NCBI GenBank assembly: GCA_963727825.1 | Contig: CAVSHO010000001.1 | Coordinates: 32,001-96,000 of the forward strand | From: Ignavibacteriota bacterium | GTDB taxonomy: Bacteria > Bacteroidota > Ignavibacteria > UBA10030 | Direction: 5' to 3' | DNA length: 64,000 nt | Part shown: in pieces, positions 28,749-40,947 of the stretch | Position numbering within the stretch: the first letter of the stretch is position 1 | Layout: each line of letters starts with the position of its first letter | Program-made: the position numbers and the translations under genes | The notes under the pieces: model-generated | Database searches by the model: none | What the model saw: only the letters and a program-made list of their open reading frames with translations | Told to the model about the DNA's origin: nothing

Positions 28749-29350
28749 GCTTTTGTTCCTTCTACTTTTACCCGCCCTTCGGCAAATGCTTTCAATGCGA
28801 GCGGGAAAATTTCATGTTCAATTTTCAATACTTTTACTGCAAGTGAATCCGCTGTGTCATCTTGAGCAATGGCGACAGTCTTTTGCAGAACTATTGGGCC
28901 GCGATCATACTCTTCATCCACCAAATGAATCGTTGCGCCGGAGACTTTTTCACCGCTTGCAATTACAGCTTCATGGACGCGATGACCGTACATTCCTTCG
29001 CCACCAAACGATGGCAGCAACGCTGGATGAATATTAACGATCCGGTTACGATATTGCCGGATCACCTGCGCAGGAATTTTTTTTAAATATCCGGCAAGCG
29101 CAATGAATTCTGTGTGATTCTTATCCAACGCTTCTAACATAGCATCCGATAACGCCTCTTCCGACGGAAACATTCTTTGCGAAAGATGTTGTGTCGGAAT
29201 ATTATGTGCGCGTGCAATCTCCATCACGCCTGCATCAGACTTGTTGCTGATGAGTACAACGATTCGCGCCGGAAGAAGTCCAGCGTCAATTGCATTGAGA
29301 ATTGCTTGAAAATTTGAGCCGCGCCCTGAGGCGAAAACCGCGATGTTCAT
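28736..29350 (-). CDS. purN: Phosphoribosylglycinamide formyltransferase
   Basis: IAVFASGRGSNFQA, LAGY, NIHPALLP.FGG.GMYG..VH, SGAT.H.V...YD.GPI motifs; start set at MNIAVF. Confidence 0.96.
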   Translation of the reverse strand: MNIAVFASGRGSNFQAILNAIDAGLLPARIVVLISNKSDAGVMEIARAHNIPTQHLSQRMFPSEEALSDAMLEALDKNHTEFIALAGYLKKIPAQVIRQYRNRIVNIHPALLPSFGGEGMYGHRVHEAVIASGEKVSGATIHLVDEEYDRGPIVLQKTVAIAQDDTADSLAVKVLKIEHEIFPLALKAFAEGRVKVEGTKAWIT

Positions 29351-29541
29351 TCCACTGTTGCCAGAGTATTTACCCCAAGATGACGTGGAAATGTAATGAG
29401 AAGTTGAAGGATAATCAATGAAAAGAGTGTATTTTTCAAGATAATATTCAAACATGCCAGGATGCCATCCCATCTTGCGAAAGAGAAGGATATTTCCACT
29501 GTTAATAACTCCTTTATAGAGTTGAATTTTAGTTTCGATAT

Positions 29542-30498
29542 CTACGGTGCAAGAATTCGCTGTTCGCCGATGTGGAGAATAAGAACGCGATCCTCCAAAT
29601 GGCGTTCTGCAATAAGCCGTTTCAATTGGTCTTGTGCTGTCGTCAGCGAAGAATCTAATCCTTGTACAAATGTTCGGTGATGAATCGGAATCATGATCTT
29701 CGCATGCACGTCAGCAAAAATTTGCAGGGCTTCTTCTGGGTCGGCATGTACACGTTTCATGAAGTCGTGCGGCTCAATTGGTGCAATTGGGATTAATGCA
29801 ACGTCAATGGCAAACTTTCTTCCAATCTCTATGAACTTTTCCGGGTCATATCCCGTATCGCCAGCGAAGAAAATTGTTTTACCTTTATATTCGATCACAT
29901 AGCCGGTGTAGGTATTATGGTTCGACCAAGCGCCATCAAATCCGTATCTTCCATTAAAATGTTTGACAGGCACAGCAGTAATGCGCACGCCATCTGCTTC
30001 AAATGTAGTCCACGGATTCATCTCTCGGTAATCTGAAAAACCAAACTCCGGCATATACTCTGCACTGCCAATCGGCATAAGTATTACCGCAGATTTGGGT
30101 AACATTGATAAACTTCCGTAACTCAAGTGATCAAAATGAATATGGGAAATGAGAATATAATCCAGCTTATCAATGGATGATGGCAAAATTCCAGGTTCAA
30201 TTCTGCGTTTGGATATCATTCCTGCCGTTTCTGTAAAAATTGGATCAGTAAGAAATATTTTATTTTCGATTTGGATAAGACATGTCGCATGCCCGACCCA
30301 CAAGACTGATAATCCAACGTTCTGCAAAATCGGATGTGTTAGTTTTGATGCAACAGTGTCAGGCGAGCTCGGAAGATTCTTAAAAGAGTTTGTAATGAAG
30401 CGGGTGAAGAAAGAACTACAGCCGGTAATATTCAATGAACAGTAAAAAATAATGAGTGAAAATAAAAGGAAATGCAACAGATGATTTTTATTGTTCAT
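29542..30498 (-). CDS. MBL-fold metallo-hydrolase (NAPE-PLD/RomA-like), probable lipoprotein
   Basis: W.GHAT, LTDP, SHIHFDHL (HxHxDH), FAGDTGY, H..P.EA, IPIH motifs; ITGC lipobox-like. Confidence 0.88.
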   Translation of the reverse strand: MNNKNHLLHFLLFSLIIFYCSLNITGCSSFFTRFITNSFKNLPSSPDTVASKLTHPILQNVGLSVLWVGHATCLIQIENKIFLTDPIFTETAGMISKRRIEPGILPSSIDKLDYILISHIHFDHLSYGSLSMLPKSAVILMPIGSAEYMPEFGFSDYREMNPWTTFEADGVRITAVPVKHFNGRYGFDGAWSNHNTYTGYVIEYKGKTIFFAGDTGYDPEKFIEIGRKFAIDVALIPIAPIEPHDFMKRVHADPEEALQIFADVHAKIMIPIHHRTFVQGLDSSLTTAQDQLKRLIAERHLEDRVLILHIGEQRILAP

Positions 30499-30504
30499 AG
30501 CAGA

Positions 30505-31065
30505 TTAGAAGAAACGGAATTCAATTGAATGCATCCAAATTTCATCAACAGGGCTATACTTGATATTATAATGAAGAAAACCAAAGAGTGTTGAAAATCC
30601 TACAACAATATAATTTGACGACACACCTGCAATGTTGTATCGTGCAACGCCAAGATTTAGTCCGGCATATTCACCATTTTCCACTAACGGTAAGTGCGCC
30701 AACAGTTGTCCGGAAAAGCCCCAATGGCTTGACCCGATCGGGCTCGTGTAAAGCTGTGTGGAGATGTTGAACTCGACTGAACCTGCAAACCGTTCAGGCT
30801 GAGTAACGAAGAAGAAGTGTAAAGGCGGATCAAGCTTCGTCATTCCCCATGAATACAATACAGGTGTTGCTTCCCACTCAAAAGAAAAGTGAGTTTTTGC
30901 CGGATAACATGTCCATGAAACACTGGGGACAGCTTGCATTATTAACCATAAATCAGAAATCCCGCTGCGTTGTTCTTGTGCTGCCGCCTTCTGCCAACTT
31001 ACAAGAAACATCGTTCCTATCAAAAGAATGGAACCTATGCGACATAGTGTTCGTTTTATTGACAT
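30505..31065 (-). CDS. Secreted/outer-membrane hypothetical protein
   Basis: Signal peptide (AAA|Q), aromatic beta-strand pattern, C-terminal Phe. Confidence 0.6.
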   Translation of the reverse strand: MSIKRTLCRIGSILLIGTMFLVSWQKAAAQEQRSGISDLWLIMQAVPSVSWTCYPAKTHFSFEWEATPVLYSWGMTKLDPPLHFFFVTQPERFAGSVEFNISTQLYTSPIGSSHWGFSGQLLAHLPLVENGEYAGLNLGVARYNIAGVSSNYIVVGFSTLFGFLHYNIKYSPVDEIWMHSIEFRFF

Positions 31066-31130
31066 TGTTAATGAATTTACGGAATAATATTAATTGAAAA
31101 AAGTGTGTTCCAGCCTTTCAAATGAATTTA

Positions 31131-31159
31131 TTGCATTGGTAGATTGTTCTTCATACATT
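31131..31159 (+). promoter_or_regulatory. sigma70-type promoter
   Basis: TTGCAT, 17 bp, TACATT upstream of the S46 peptidase. Confidence 0.5.
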
Positions 31160-31197
31160 CCAAACATAAAACAATAGATTAACTAAACGAGGTTTCT

Positions 31198-33339
31198 ATG
31201 AAGCAATTTCTCTTAAAGTGTAGTTTCGCGTCTATTGCTGCGGTATTGCTTTTAATGGGTTGTTCGACTCAACAGGTAACCAGAAGTGATACGCCGCGTT
31301 ACACCAATCTTGAAAGAATTCAAGCCGGACAGTTTGATACAGGCAAAATGTGGACATTCGATTTTCCACCGATGGATTATTTCGCGAAGACATATAATTT
31401 CACTCCATCAAAAGAATGGTTCGATAAGGCGCGTTTATCTGCATTACGGTTGCCAAATTGCACAGCATCGTTTGTTTCGGAAGATGGTTTAGTAATGACG
31501 AATCATCATTGTGCCCGCGCTGCATTGGATAGTGTGAATAGAGAAGGCGAACGGTTAGCGGAAGCCGGGTTCTATGCAGCTACATTAAATGATGAGCGCA
31601 AAGCATCCAACATTTTTATTGACCAGTTGCTTGTGATGGAGGATGTTACGAAGGAAGTACAACAAGCATTTGATAGCGGTACGACAGACAACACTAAGGT
31701 TGCAAATCGCATGGCGAAGATGCGGGAAATCCAGAAACGCTATACAGTAAAATATAAAACTAGTTCGCCGCAAGACTCGATGGTGTTTAATGTTGTTTCA
31801 TTTTACAATGGCGGACGCTATTCACTTTACGGATACAAACGTTACATAGACGTACGCCTTGTGTACGCACCGGAAGATGCGATGGCATTCTTTGGCGGCG
31901 ATCCGGATAATTTCACATATCCCAGGTACGATTTTGATTGCGCTTTCTTCCGCGTTTATGATAATGGTAAGCCCCTGAAGACTACAAACTTCTTCAGATT
32001 CAGTCAGGATGGTGCACAAGAAGGAGACGCTGTATTTGTTATCGGAAATCCCGGCAGAACAAACCGTTTAAAATCGGTGGCACAGTTGGAATATCTTCGT
32101 GATGTTATCTATCCAGCAAATATCGAGACGTATGAGAAAGTTGGAACAATCTATTCATCGTATATTGCAGCTCATCCCGAAGCAAAATTAAAATATCTCA
32201 ATACAATCTTCGGGTTAGAAAACTCACGAAAAGCTATTACAGGACAATTAAACGGTTTGCAAGATCCTGTGCTGATGGCAAAGAAAAAAGACTTTGAAAA
32301 AAAGTTTCAAAACGCATTGCATGATAAACCTGCCTTGACTGTGAAGTACGGCAATCCGTGGAGTGATATTGCGCAGTACCAAGCCGAGCTTACAGGGCTC
32401 TATCCGAAATTCGACGCTCTAAGATTTCGTGGACGAAACTTCCCTAAATATTTGTCATTGACAGCCGATCTTGTAAATGCAGCTAATCGATCTAAAGATT
32501 CGATTGCAGATTCGACACGAATAAAATTCTATCCTTCTAATTTAACGCCAGAAGTCGAGAAACGACTACTTGCATTCCGATTGAGTATTATGGAGCGTGC
32601 GTTGGCAGGAAAGGATGAAGCGTTTGACAAACTGATGGCGGGAAGGACACCTGAGAAGGCGGCAGAAGATTTGAGCTCAAATTCAGTCATAGCATCAAAA
32701 GAGAAAACACAAGCATTGCTTGTCGGAAAACCGGAAGATATTCTCCAATCAAACGATCCTTTAATTGCGTTTGTTGTTGCCGAACAGACGCATGTAAAAG
32801 AAATTCAGAAAAAATATGACAACACCAATGAAAAACTTCAAGCGTGTGAACAAATACTTGGCGATGCAATGTACGAAGTCTATGGAACACAAATTCCACC
32901 AGATGCAACATTCACACTTCGTATTGCGGATGGCATAGTAAAAGGATACGAATACAACGGGACTATAGCTCCCCCTGTTACAACATTCTATGGATTATAC
33001 GATCGGTACTATTCGTTTGGCAGGAAAGACCCGTGGAAACTGTCGGAGCGTTGGATGAATCCGCCGGCAACGTTTAAGATGAACACGCCGATGAACTTCG
33101 TTTCAACGAATGACATCATTGGCGGTAATTCCGGAAGTCCTGTAATTAATAAAAATTTGCAAATAGTTGGATTGATTTTTGATGGCAATATTGAAAGTCT
33201 GCCAGGGGATGTTATCTTTGACGATACAAGTAATAGATCTGTTGCAGTCCATTCTTCGGGATTATTAGAAGGATTGGAGCAAATTTATAAAGTGGAGAGA
33301 ATTGTAAAAGAATTACGCACAGGAAAGATTGAACAGTAA
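31198..33339 (+). CDS. S46 family dipeptidyl peptidase (DPP7-like), lipoprotein
   Basis: GKMW.F, CTASFVS.DGL..TNHHC, FGGD.DNF.YPR, PDA.FTLR, DIIGGNSGSP, FDGN motifs; LLMGC lipobox. Confidence 0.95.
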   Translation: MKQFLLKCSFASIAAVLLLMGCSTQQVTRSDTPRYTNLERIQAGQFDTGKMWTFDFPPMDYFAKTYNFTPSKEWFDKARLSALRLPNCTASFVSEDGLVMTNHHCARAALDSVNREGERLAEAGFYAATLNDERKASNIFIDQLLVMEDVTKEVQQAFDSGTTDNTKVANRMAKMREIQKRYTVKYKTSSPQDSMVFNVVSFYNGGRYSLYGYKRYIDVRLVYAPEDAMAFFGGDPDNFTYPRYDFDCAFFRVYDNGKPLKTTNFFRFSQDGAQEGDAVFVIGNPGRTNRLKSVAQLEYLRDVIYPANIETYEKVGTIYSSYIAAHPEAKLKYLNTIFGLENSRKAITGQLNGLQDPVLMAKKKDFEKKFQNALHDKPALTVKYGNPWSDIAQYQAELTGLYPKFDALRFRGRNFPKYLSLTADLVNAANRSKDSIADSTRIKFYPSNLTPEVEKRLLAFRLSIMERALAGKDEAFDKLMAGRTPEKAAEDLSSNSVIASKEKTQALLVGKPEDILQSNDPLIAFVVAEQTHVKEIQKKYDNTNEKLQACEQILGDAMYEVYGTQIPPDATFTLRIADGIVKGYEYNGTIAPPVTTFYGLYDRYYSFGRKDPWKLSERWMNPPATFKMNTPMNFVSTNDIIGGNSGSPVINKNLQIVGLIFDGNIESLPGDVIFDDTSNRSVAVHSSGLLEGLEQIYKVERIVKELRTGKIEQ

Positions 33340-33373
33340 AGATCAAGTTACTCTCGCGAAGATTACTTAACGC

Positions 33374-33398
33374 AACCTTAGATAATATCTGCAAGGTT
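33374..33398. terminator. Possible hairpin between convergent genes
   Basis: AACCTT-AGAT-aat-ATCT-gc-AAGGTT. Confidence 0.3.
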
Positions 33399-33416
33399 CA
33401 ACAAGTGAGTATTTCT

Positions 33417-34367
33417 TTATCCGCGCGGATGAAACGTGCGGTGAACCTCTTTTAAATACTCGCGATCGATATGTGTATAGATTTGTGTTGTGGAGATGTC
33501 GGCATGACCGAGCATTTCCTGTACAGCTCGGAGATCGGCACCTCCTTCTAATAAATGTGTTGCAAACGAATGGCGAAATGTATGCGGGTGAACTTTCTTA
33601 CCGATTCCTGCTGCCAACGAATATTTATCCACTAATTTCCGAATCATATCGCGTGTTAACTTTGTACCGCGTACATTCAGAAAGAGAACATCCTGTGACT
33701 TGCCGGTCCTAGCTAGATGCACGCGCGATTGTTTCTGATATTCCTCGATCCATTGTCTTGCCGAACGTCCAATTGGAACTAAACGTTCTTTTGATCCTTT
33801 GCCATAGACAAGAATCAGTCCGTCTTCAATCATAAGATTTGATTGTGTCAGATTAACTAATTCTGAAACACGAATACCGGTGGCATAGAGGGTTTCAAGC
33901 ATCGCGCGGTCACGAATGCCGATCCGGCTGGATGTATCTGGCTGTTTTAAAATTTCATCTACTTCAAAAATATTTAATACATCGGGCAGATTTTTTTCTT
34001 GCTTCGGTGAGTCAATAATTTGTGTCGGATCATTTTTTACCGCTTCTTCGCCAAGAAGGTATTGATGAAATCCGCGGATGGTGGAGAGAGTGCGCGCTAC
34101 GCTTCGCGGTGAGAGATTTTTCTGATACAGCACAGCTAAAAATTTACTAATGTGCTCTTCCAATACAGCAGATGCTGTTTGAATTCCAATAGAAATGAGA
34201 AAGCTGCGGTACTTGGAAAAATCGAATTTATAAGATGTCAAAGTGTTTTTGGAAAGATTTTTTTCTAAACGAAGGAAATCCAAATAGCTGCGAATTTGGC
34301 GATCAAGATTTGAAATAGTAAATTTTTGTTCTGCCGCTTGTTTCACTATGCGCGATCTTATTTTCAT
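33417..34367 (-). CDS. xerD: Site-specific tyrosine recombinase XerD
   Basis: EK.LS.NT..SY, RDRAMLE.LYATG.RVSEL, GKG.KERLVP, HPHTFRHSFATHLL.GGADLR.VQEMLGH.DISTTQIYTH, C-terminal HPR. Confidence 0.93.
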   Translation of the reverse strand: MKIRSRIVKQAAEQKFTISNLDRQIRSYLDFLRLEKNLSKNTLTSYKFDFSKYRSFLISIGIQTASAVLEEHISKFLAVLYQKNLSPRSVARTLSTIRGFHQYLLGEEAVKNDPTQIIDSPKQEKNLPDVLNIFEVDEILKQPDTSSRIGIRDRAMLETLYATGIRVSELVNLTQSNLMIEDGLILVYGKGSKERLVPIGRSARQWIEEYQKQSRVHLARTGKSQDVLFLNVRGTKLTRDMIRKLVDKYSLAAGIGKKVHPHTFRHSFATHLLEGGADLRAVQEMLGHADISTTQIYTHIDREYLKEVHRTFHPRG

Positions 34368-34521
34368 GTATGATATTTATTCCAACAATGATCAATGCCG
34401 AAGGCAAATTACATTGATTCCCGGGAAGGTGCAAGTTGGTACATAGGAAGAAATAATAAACAGAATGTGTTATTAGCTTTGTACATCAACTTTCCGCTGT
34501 GTGCAGAAAATGAGGCGAAAA

Positions 34522-34854
34522 TTATCCCTTTGCTGCTTTTGCCAGAGTATCGAAAATCTGGAATGTGCGGTCAAGGTGAGAGATTTTAAGGAGAGAAAGT
34601 ACTTTTTTCTGTACACCAACCAATTTAACTCTGCCGTTGTTTTCACGCATTTTGCGTTCGGCAATAAGCAGCGCACTCAAGCCAGAACTATCACAGAACT
34701 CAACATTAGAAAGGTCTATTACCAGTTCCTTCAGTTGCGGCTTGCAAAGCAATAGAAATTCTCCTTTGAGTTCCGGAGAAGAAGTCGCGTCAAGCTTTCG
34801 CTCTTTGACTTTTAGTATAGTTGCAATCCCATTTTTCTTTGTTTCAAAATGCAT
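34522..34854 (-). CDS. STAS-domain anti-sigma factor antagonist
   Basis: LVIDLS.V.F.DSSGL.AL phospho-Ser motif. Confidence 0.9.
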   Translation of the reverse strand: MHFETKKNGIATILKVKERKLDATSSPELKGEFLLLCKPQLKELVIDLSNVEFCDSSGLSALLIAERKMRENNGRVKLVGVQKKVLSLLKISHLDRTFQIFDTLAKAAKG

Positions 34855-34875
34855 ATGCAGACTCCAACAAAAACA

Positions 34876-35430
34876 TTAAAACATATCGAGACATTTTAGG
34901 AGACTCCGATAAGAATACTTATTATTATTTCCTTTGGTTTTAACTTGAAAATTATAGAATTGATCACCATTATTTTTTGCAAAACTGATACGCAAGGGTG
35001 CATTAGATGCTTTACAAAGGAATGCACTTGTTAAAGAAAGATTTAAATTGAGATCCAATGCCACATCGAAGTTACTGTTTTCCATTCTTTGTAACAGTTC
35101 TCGGCGAGGTACAAACCACTTGTTAACATCGCGCACTGAATATGTAAAGGTTTTCATCGGCGGGGCATATGCCATCATAAAAAGTTGATCGTCTCGAATT
35201 ACTACCATAATTTTTTCTGAAGAAAATTTCCGAAGTAGATTCCGAAGAAAAGCTGAAGCCGATTCACCATCAAGCGATGATTCTGGAAATATAACCAAAG
35301 CGCGGCGCGATCGTGTAATTGCATCAGTGAAATTCATTACCCGGTCGTGCTTGTGCCGAAAATGCATCCGCGAGTACAAAAGTCCTACTTTGAATCGAAA
35401 ACCCTCCAACATCTTTATTCTGTACCGCAA
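34876..35430 (-). CDS. Hypothetical protein resembling the N-terminal half of GT9 folds
   Basis: FDVALDLN...A.L...S.A..RISF.....FYN segment; in the ligA operon. Confidence 0.55.
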   Translation of the reverse strand: MRYRIKMLEGFRFKVGLLYSRMHFRHKHDRVMNFTDAITRSRRALVIFPESSLDGESASAFLRNLLRKFSSEKIMVVIRDDQLFMMAYAPPMKTFTYSVRDVNKWFVPRRELLQRMENSNFDVALDLNLNLSLTSAFLCKASNAPLRISFAKNNGDQFYNFQVKTKGNNNKYSYRSLLKCLDMF

Positions 35431-35436
35431 TTATTG

Positions 35437-36084
35437 TCAGTTTTTCGATCTATCACTTTGAGCTTGCAGCAGTTTTTTAATGAATGATTGATCGAAGAAA
35501 TAATAACGTATCTGAATACTTCCACGGAGAAAGCTATCGTTATTGGAATTCTCCGGACCGTTGTAATACTTTGAACCTGTTAATACGTACTCGCCCATCA
35601 TTGTAACGGACCAGAATTCGCTCAGGAAATAATCAAAGCCCAATCCGCCAATGTAATTTATATCAGAACTTGAAACACCAGGTGCACGTAATCCAGTTGA
35701 TTGTTGCTTTGGATCATAAAATACAGTCCCGCCGCCGCCTAAAAGGAAAATATTAAACGAACTATTCGGCATTAAATCAATAGACAAATATCCGTTTATG
35801 GACATAAGATCTGTGGTGATGGATTGTTTTGCATCATTTTCCCAAGAGAGTTGATTGATACCAATCTTTGAACGGAGACTGAGGCCTTCTATAATAGAAT
35901 AGGTCAAGTTTAATCCGCCGCCGATTGCAGGCGAAGTTGTCACAGATCCAGCACCGAAAACATATTGCATGGAGCCGTCAACTCCAACACCTAATTTTCC
36001 AACCCGTGTTTGCCCGAAACTTGGAACAACGAGAATGAATATAAGGAGCAGCGATATCAGACAGCAAAACGAAGATTTCGACAT
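35437..36084 (-). CDS. Outer-membrane beta-barrel protein (OmpA-TM/porin-like)
   Basis: Signal peptide followed by Gly/aromatic alternating strands (GGGLNLTY, GLGFDYF, IQIRYYF). Confidence 0.7.
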   Translation of the reverse strand: MSKSSFCCLISLLLIFILVVPSFGQTRVGKLGVGVDGSMQYVFGAGSVTTSPAIGGGLNLTYSIIEGLSLRSKIGINQLSWENDAKQSITTDLMSINGYLSIDLMPNSSFNIFLLGGGGTVFYDPKQQSTGLRAPGVSSSDINYIGGLGFDYFLSEFWSVTMMGEYVLTGSKYYNGPENSNNDSFLRGSIQIRYYFFDQSFIKKLLQAQSDRSKN

Positions 36085-36117
36085 GATACCCTCACAAGTA
36101 AGTGGGTGATGGTGAAT

Positions 36118-38154
<2,037 letters not shown>

Positions 38155-38955
38155 CTAATTCTTAAGGTTAGCTTCAGTAATAACAGCGTTACGAACGACA
38201 GCTCCACGTTTACCAAGAGTGCCGATATCTTTACCGTTTAGTTGGAAAGTCGCGTTGCCTGCATTTCCCATCGTTACAACGAAGCGCTCTTTTGCCGCCC
38301 ATGTCCGTTTTCTTTTTGCGCCCAAAAGATACGTCCCGCTGGTTTTGCCGTCAATAAGAATATTAATCCAAACCGAATCTAGTGTAGTAATCTCTAATCG
38401 CAAGCTATCGGCCTGGGTTATGTTGGTTATCGGAGCAGAATCAGCGGCTGTAGCTGGCTGTGGTATTGATGCGGCTTCATTTTCGCGCACTACGCGATCG
38501 AATGGGACTTCTTCTACCAAAGTACCGGAACTTGGACTTTTATTTATATTTACCAAAACGACAATCAGAACAACAGCTGCAGTAATGAAAAATCCGAAAA
38601 CAATATTGCGTTGAAGAGGTGAAAGTGAAAATTGTTTTTTCTTGCTATCCTGCATCAATGTCTTTTCTTGACGTGAAATTTGTTTTAGGGAGACATCATC
38701 CGATTTTTGAGATGAAGATTCCTGCATAGCAGATTCATATCGTTCCATAACATCGTTCGGATCAAGACCGGTCATTAAAGCATATTCACGAAGAAACGCG
38801 CGCACATATGTTTGAGGAAGAATTTGAAGCTGTCCGCGCTCAATTGCATCGAGAAATTTTAAACTAATGCGCGTCTCGGCAGAAATATCCATCAACGATA
38901 ATTCTTTCTCCAAGCGAGCTTGTTTAAGTTCTTCGCCGAATTGTTCAAGATTCAT
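38155..38955 (-). CDS. RodZ-like HTH + TM + DUF4115 protein
   Basis: GE.LK.AR....LSL.D....T.I....L.AIE.G....LP..YVR.FLR.YA, single TM, C-terminal GNAG.....NG...G.LG..G.V. Confidence 0.88.
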   Translation of the reverse strand: MNLEQFGEELKQARLEKELSLMDISAETRISLKFLDAIERGQLQILPQTYVRAFLREYALMTGLDPNDVMERYESAMQESSSQKSDDVSLKQISRQEKTLMQDSKKKQFSLSPLQRNIVFGFFITAAVVLIVVLVNINKSPSSGTLVEEVPFDRVVRENEAASIPQPATAADSAPITNITQADSLRLEITTLDSVWINILIDGKTSGTYLLGAKRKRTWAAKERFVVTMGNAGNATFQLNGKDIGTLGKRGAVVRNAVITEANLKN

Positions 38956-39092
38956 AGGGGGAAACCTATGCTACGTACAACTTAATAGAATGCTGGATTT
39001 GCTGTGGCAAAATATTAGCAATTATTCTAACCACTTTCAAGGAGAGACTTATTCTTGTCCAATGAAGAAATGTGTTAAAATTCCAGTGACAT

Positions 39093-40862
39093 TTATTTAA
39101 ATAAATTCTTTTGAATTTCATTCACTAAGCTAGAAGGAACAGCTATTCCAAGTTGTATCGCTTTTTGGCAATGATCTAATGCCGACTGATATTGACCAGA
39201 TTCATAATAGAGGAATGAAAGGTTAAGATGTGCATTACCTATTGTAGGATCTAATCGCAAGGCTTCTTGCCATGCTTTCTCGGCTTTAGTTGGTTCGTGA
39301 GCACTATAATAGAGAATACCTAGATTATATCGAATAGATGCATCTTGTGGGTTGCTTCGGATCGCAGCAAAAAAATTTTCTTCGGATGAAAGAAATAAGC
39401 CACGTGCAAAGTATGCCACAGCGAGTGCATTATTTAGCTCTGGAACAATATAATTTGATTTTTGTTCATTTTTTAAGTTATCAATAATTTTCCATAATTC
39501 TTCTTTCGACACTTCCGTACGCTTAGGTCCTCGCGGTTGTGACGCCTCCTTTATTGCGTTTATTTCATGGTTAAGCTTTTCGGGAACATTCATTCTTGTG
39601 ATATCACTATACAGTCTTGGATCGTTCGGTGATGTAGCGGCATCATATTCCATGAGCGTAAGAGAGTTCTTGAAGTTGAACGTGTGTGTATAGCTAAGCC
39701 ATCCTAAAGAAATAAAAACGAGAAATAATATTGGAGGAAAGTATTTATTTAAATATTCCAATCTGTTTTCATAAGACAGAGAAAGGAGAACGAACAATAT
39801 TCCCATGAACGGAAGATATATTCGGTGCTCATAAAATTTGGGCGGTGTGTGAACTCCAGAATTATAGTAAAATGTGGGGATAAGAAAGGCAAAAAACCAT
39901 ATGAAGCCAAAGATAATAAATTTCCAGTCTCTTCGTTCGGATAGCAAAAGGGCAAGTAAAAACAGACATACAGAAATAATGCCGGCAGTTACATGGATAT
40001 CACTTGAGACAGGGGCAAAAGCAAGATTGAACGGTAAAAATATTTTTCCAAAATAATATACTCCAATCCAAAGATTTGAAATTACAGTTGTCGCTGCCAG
40101 AAGCTTGTTTCCCATAGGCACAATCATTGCAGCAGACCGCAAAATGTACCAGTTGAACAGGACAATTCCCCATCCGACAAGAAAGAGAGCCGTTGTGATT
40201 GAGACTATTTCTTTTCCCTTCAGATTGTAAAAATATAACATGGCAAGAACTGGAAACACAATACTCGTTTCCTTTGTGAACATTGCAAGCGTAAAAAAAA
40301 GAAGATGAATAAAATACCATTTCAGATGAGAGGTTGAAAGAAATTTCATAAATGATATAAAACATAGCAAAATAAGAACAGCAAGCAGAGAATCATTCCT
40401 CCCTGCAATCCATGCAACTGCTTGCGTTAATGCAGGGTGAATACAAAACACAAGCGATCCGAGAAACGATATCGATCTTTTAAAACCAAGCATCTGAAAG
40501 GTAACAAAAAGAAGACAGCAGCTTGCGCAGTGCAAGATGATATCAATCAAATGGTAGCCAAAAGGCATTGTTCCGCTTATTTGTGCGCTGAGAATTAAGG
40601 AAAGAGTTAATAATGGGCGGTATAAGTTACCACCTTGCCCTTGATGACTTACATCCTCCAGAAATGCGTGACCTATATTAGACAAACTATTTATATGTGA
40701 AAAGTTTTCAACTATGAGGAAGTAATCGTCATGATGAGTGTATTCAGAGAATGTGAGAATCTGCAGATAAAGTAAAGAAGCGATAAGTGTTAGCCAAAAG
40801 TAGGGGTGCCAGGAACGTAAAAAGAAATCGTTAACATTAAGGTGTTTTTCCGGTGAATTCAT
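39093..40862 (-). CDS. TMTC-like multi-TM glycosyltransferase with C-terminal TPRs
   Basis: DDY after TM1, YRPL..LS, HP....AVAWI.GR.D.L, KE, E.R.YLP motifs and three C-terminal TPR-like repeats. Confidence 0.82.
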   Translation of the reverse strand: MNSPEKHLNVNDFFLRSWHPYFWLTLIASLLYLQILTFSEYTHHDDYFLIVENFSHINSLSNIGHAFLEDVSHQGQGGNLYRPLLTLSLILSAQISGTMPFGYHLIDIILHCASCCLLFVTFQMLGFKRSISFLGSLVFCIHPALTQAVAWIAGRNDSLLAVLILLCFISFMKFLSTSHLKWYFIHLLFFTLAMFTKETSIVFPVLAMLYFYNLKGKEIVSITTALFLVGWGIVLFNWYILRSAAMIVPMGNKLLAATTVISNLWIGVYYFGKIFLPFNLAFAPVSSDIHVTAGIISVCLFLLALLLSERRDWKFIIFGFIWFFAFLIPTFYYNSGVHTPPKFYEHRIYLPFMGILFVLLSLSYENRLEYLNKYFPPILFLVFISLGWLSYTHTFNFKNSLTLMEYDAATSPNDPRLYSDITRMNVPEKLNHEINAIKEASQPRGPKRTEVSKEELWKIIDNLKNEQKSNYIVPELNNALAVAYFARGLFLSSEENFFAAIRSNPQDASIRYNLGILYYSAHEPTKAEKAWQEALRLDPTIGNAHLNLSFLYYESGQYQSALDHCQKAIQLGIAVPSSLVNEIQKNLFK

Positions 40863-40947
40863 TCTACTTCATTTCTTTGGTCGGAGTTTGGTGGCTTTAG
40901 GTGTTGAAAGATATTCTTGATATTAAATCAAGCAACACTATATATAT

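Noticed and set aside
29351-29473. Long N-terminal extension of PurN (similarly 55384-55491 for the activator and 61105-61143 for the large subunit)
   Set aside because: These are longest-ORF artefacts. Family-typical N-termini begin at internal ATGs, with stop/start overlaps in the latter two cases.
33417-34367. Tyrosine recombinase as a prophage or island integrase
   Set aside because: The motifs and C-terminal HPR match housekeeping XerD. It sits among core genes with no att repeats, tRNA or phage genes, and I saw no dif-like site nearby.
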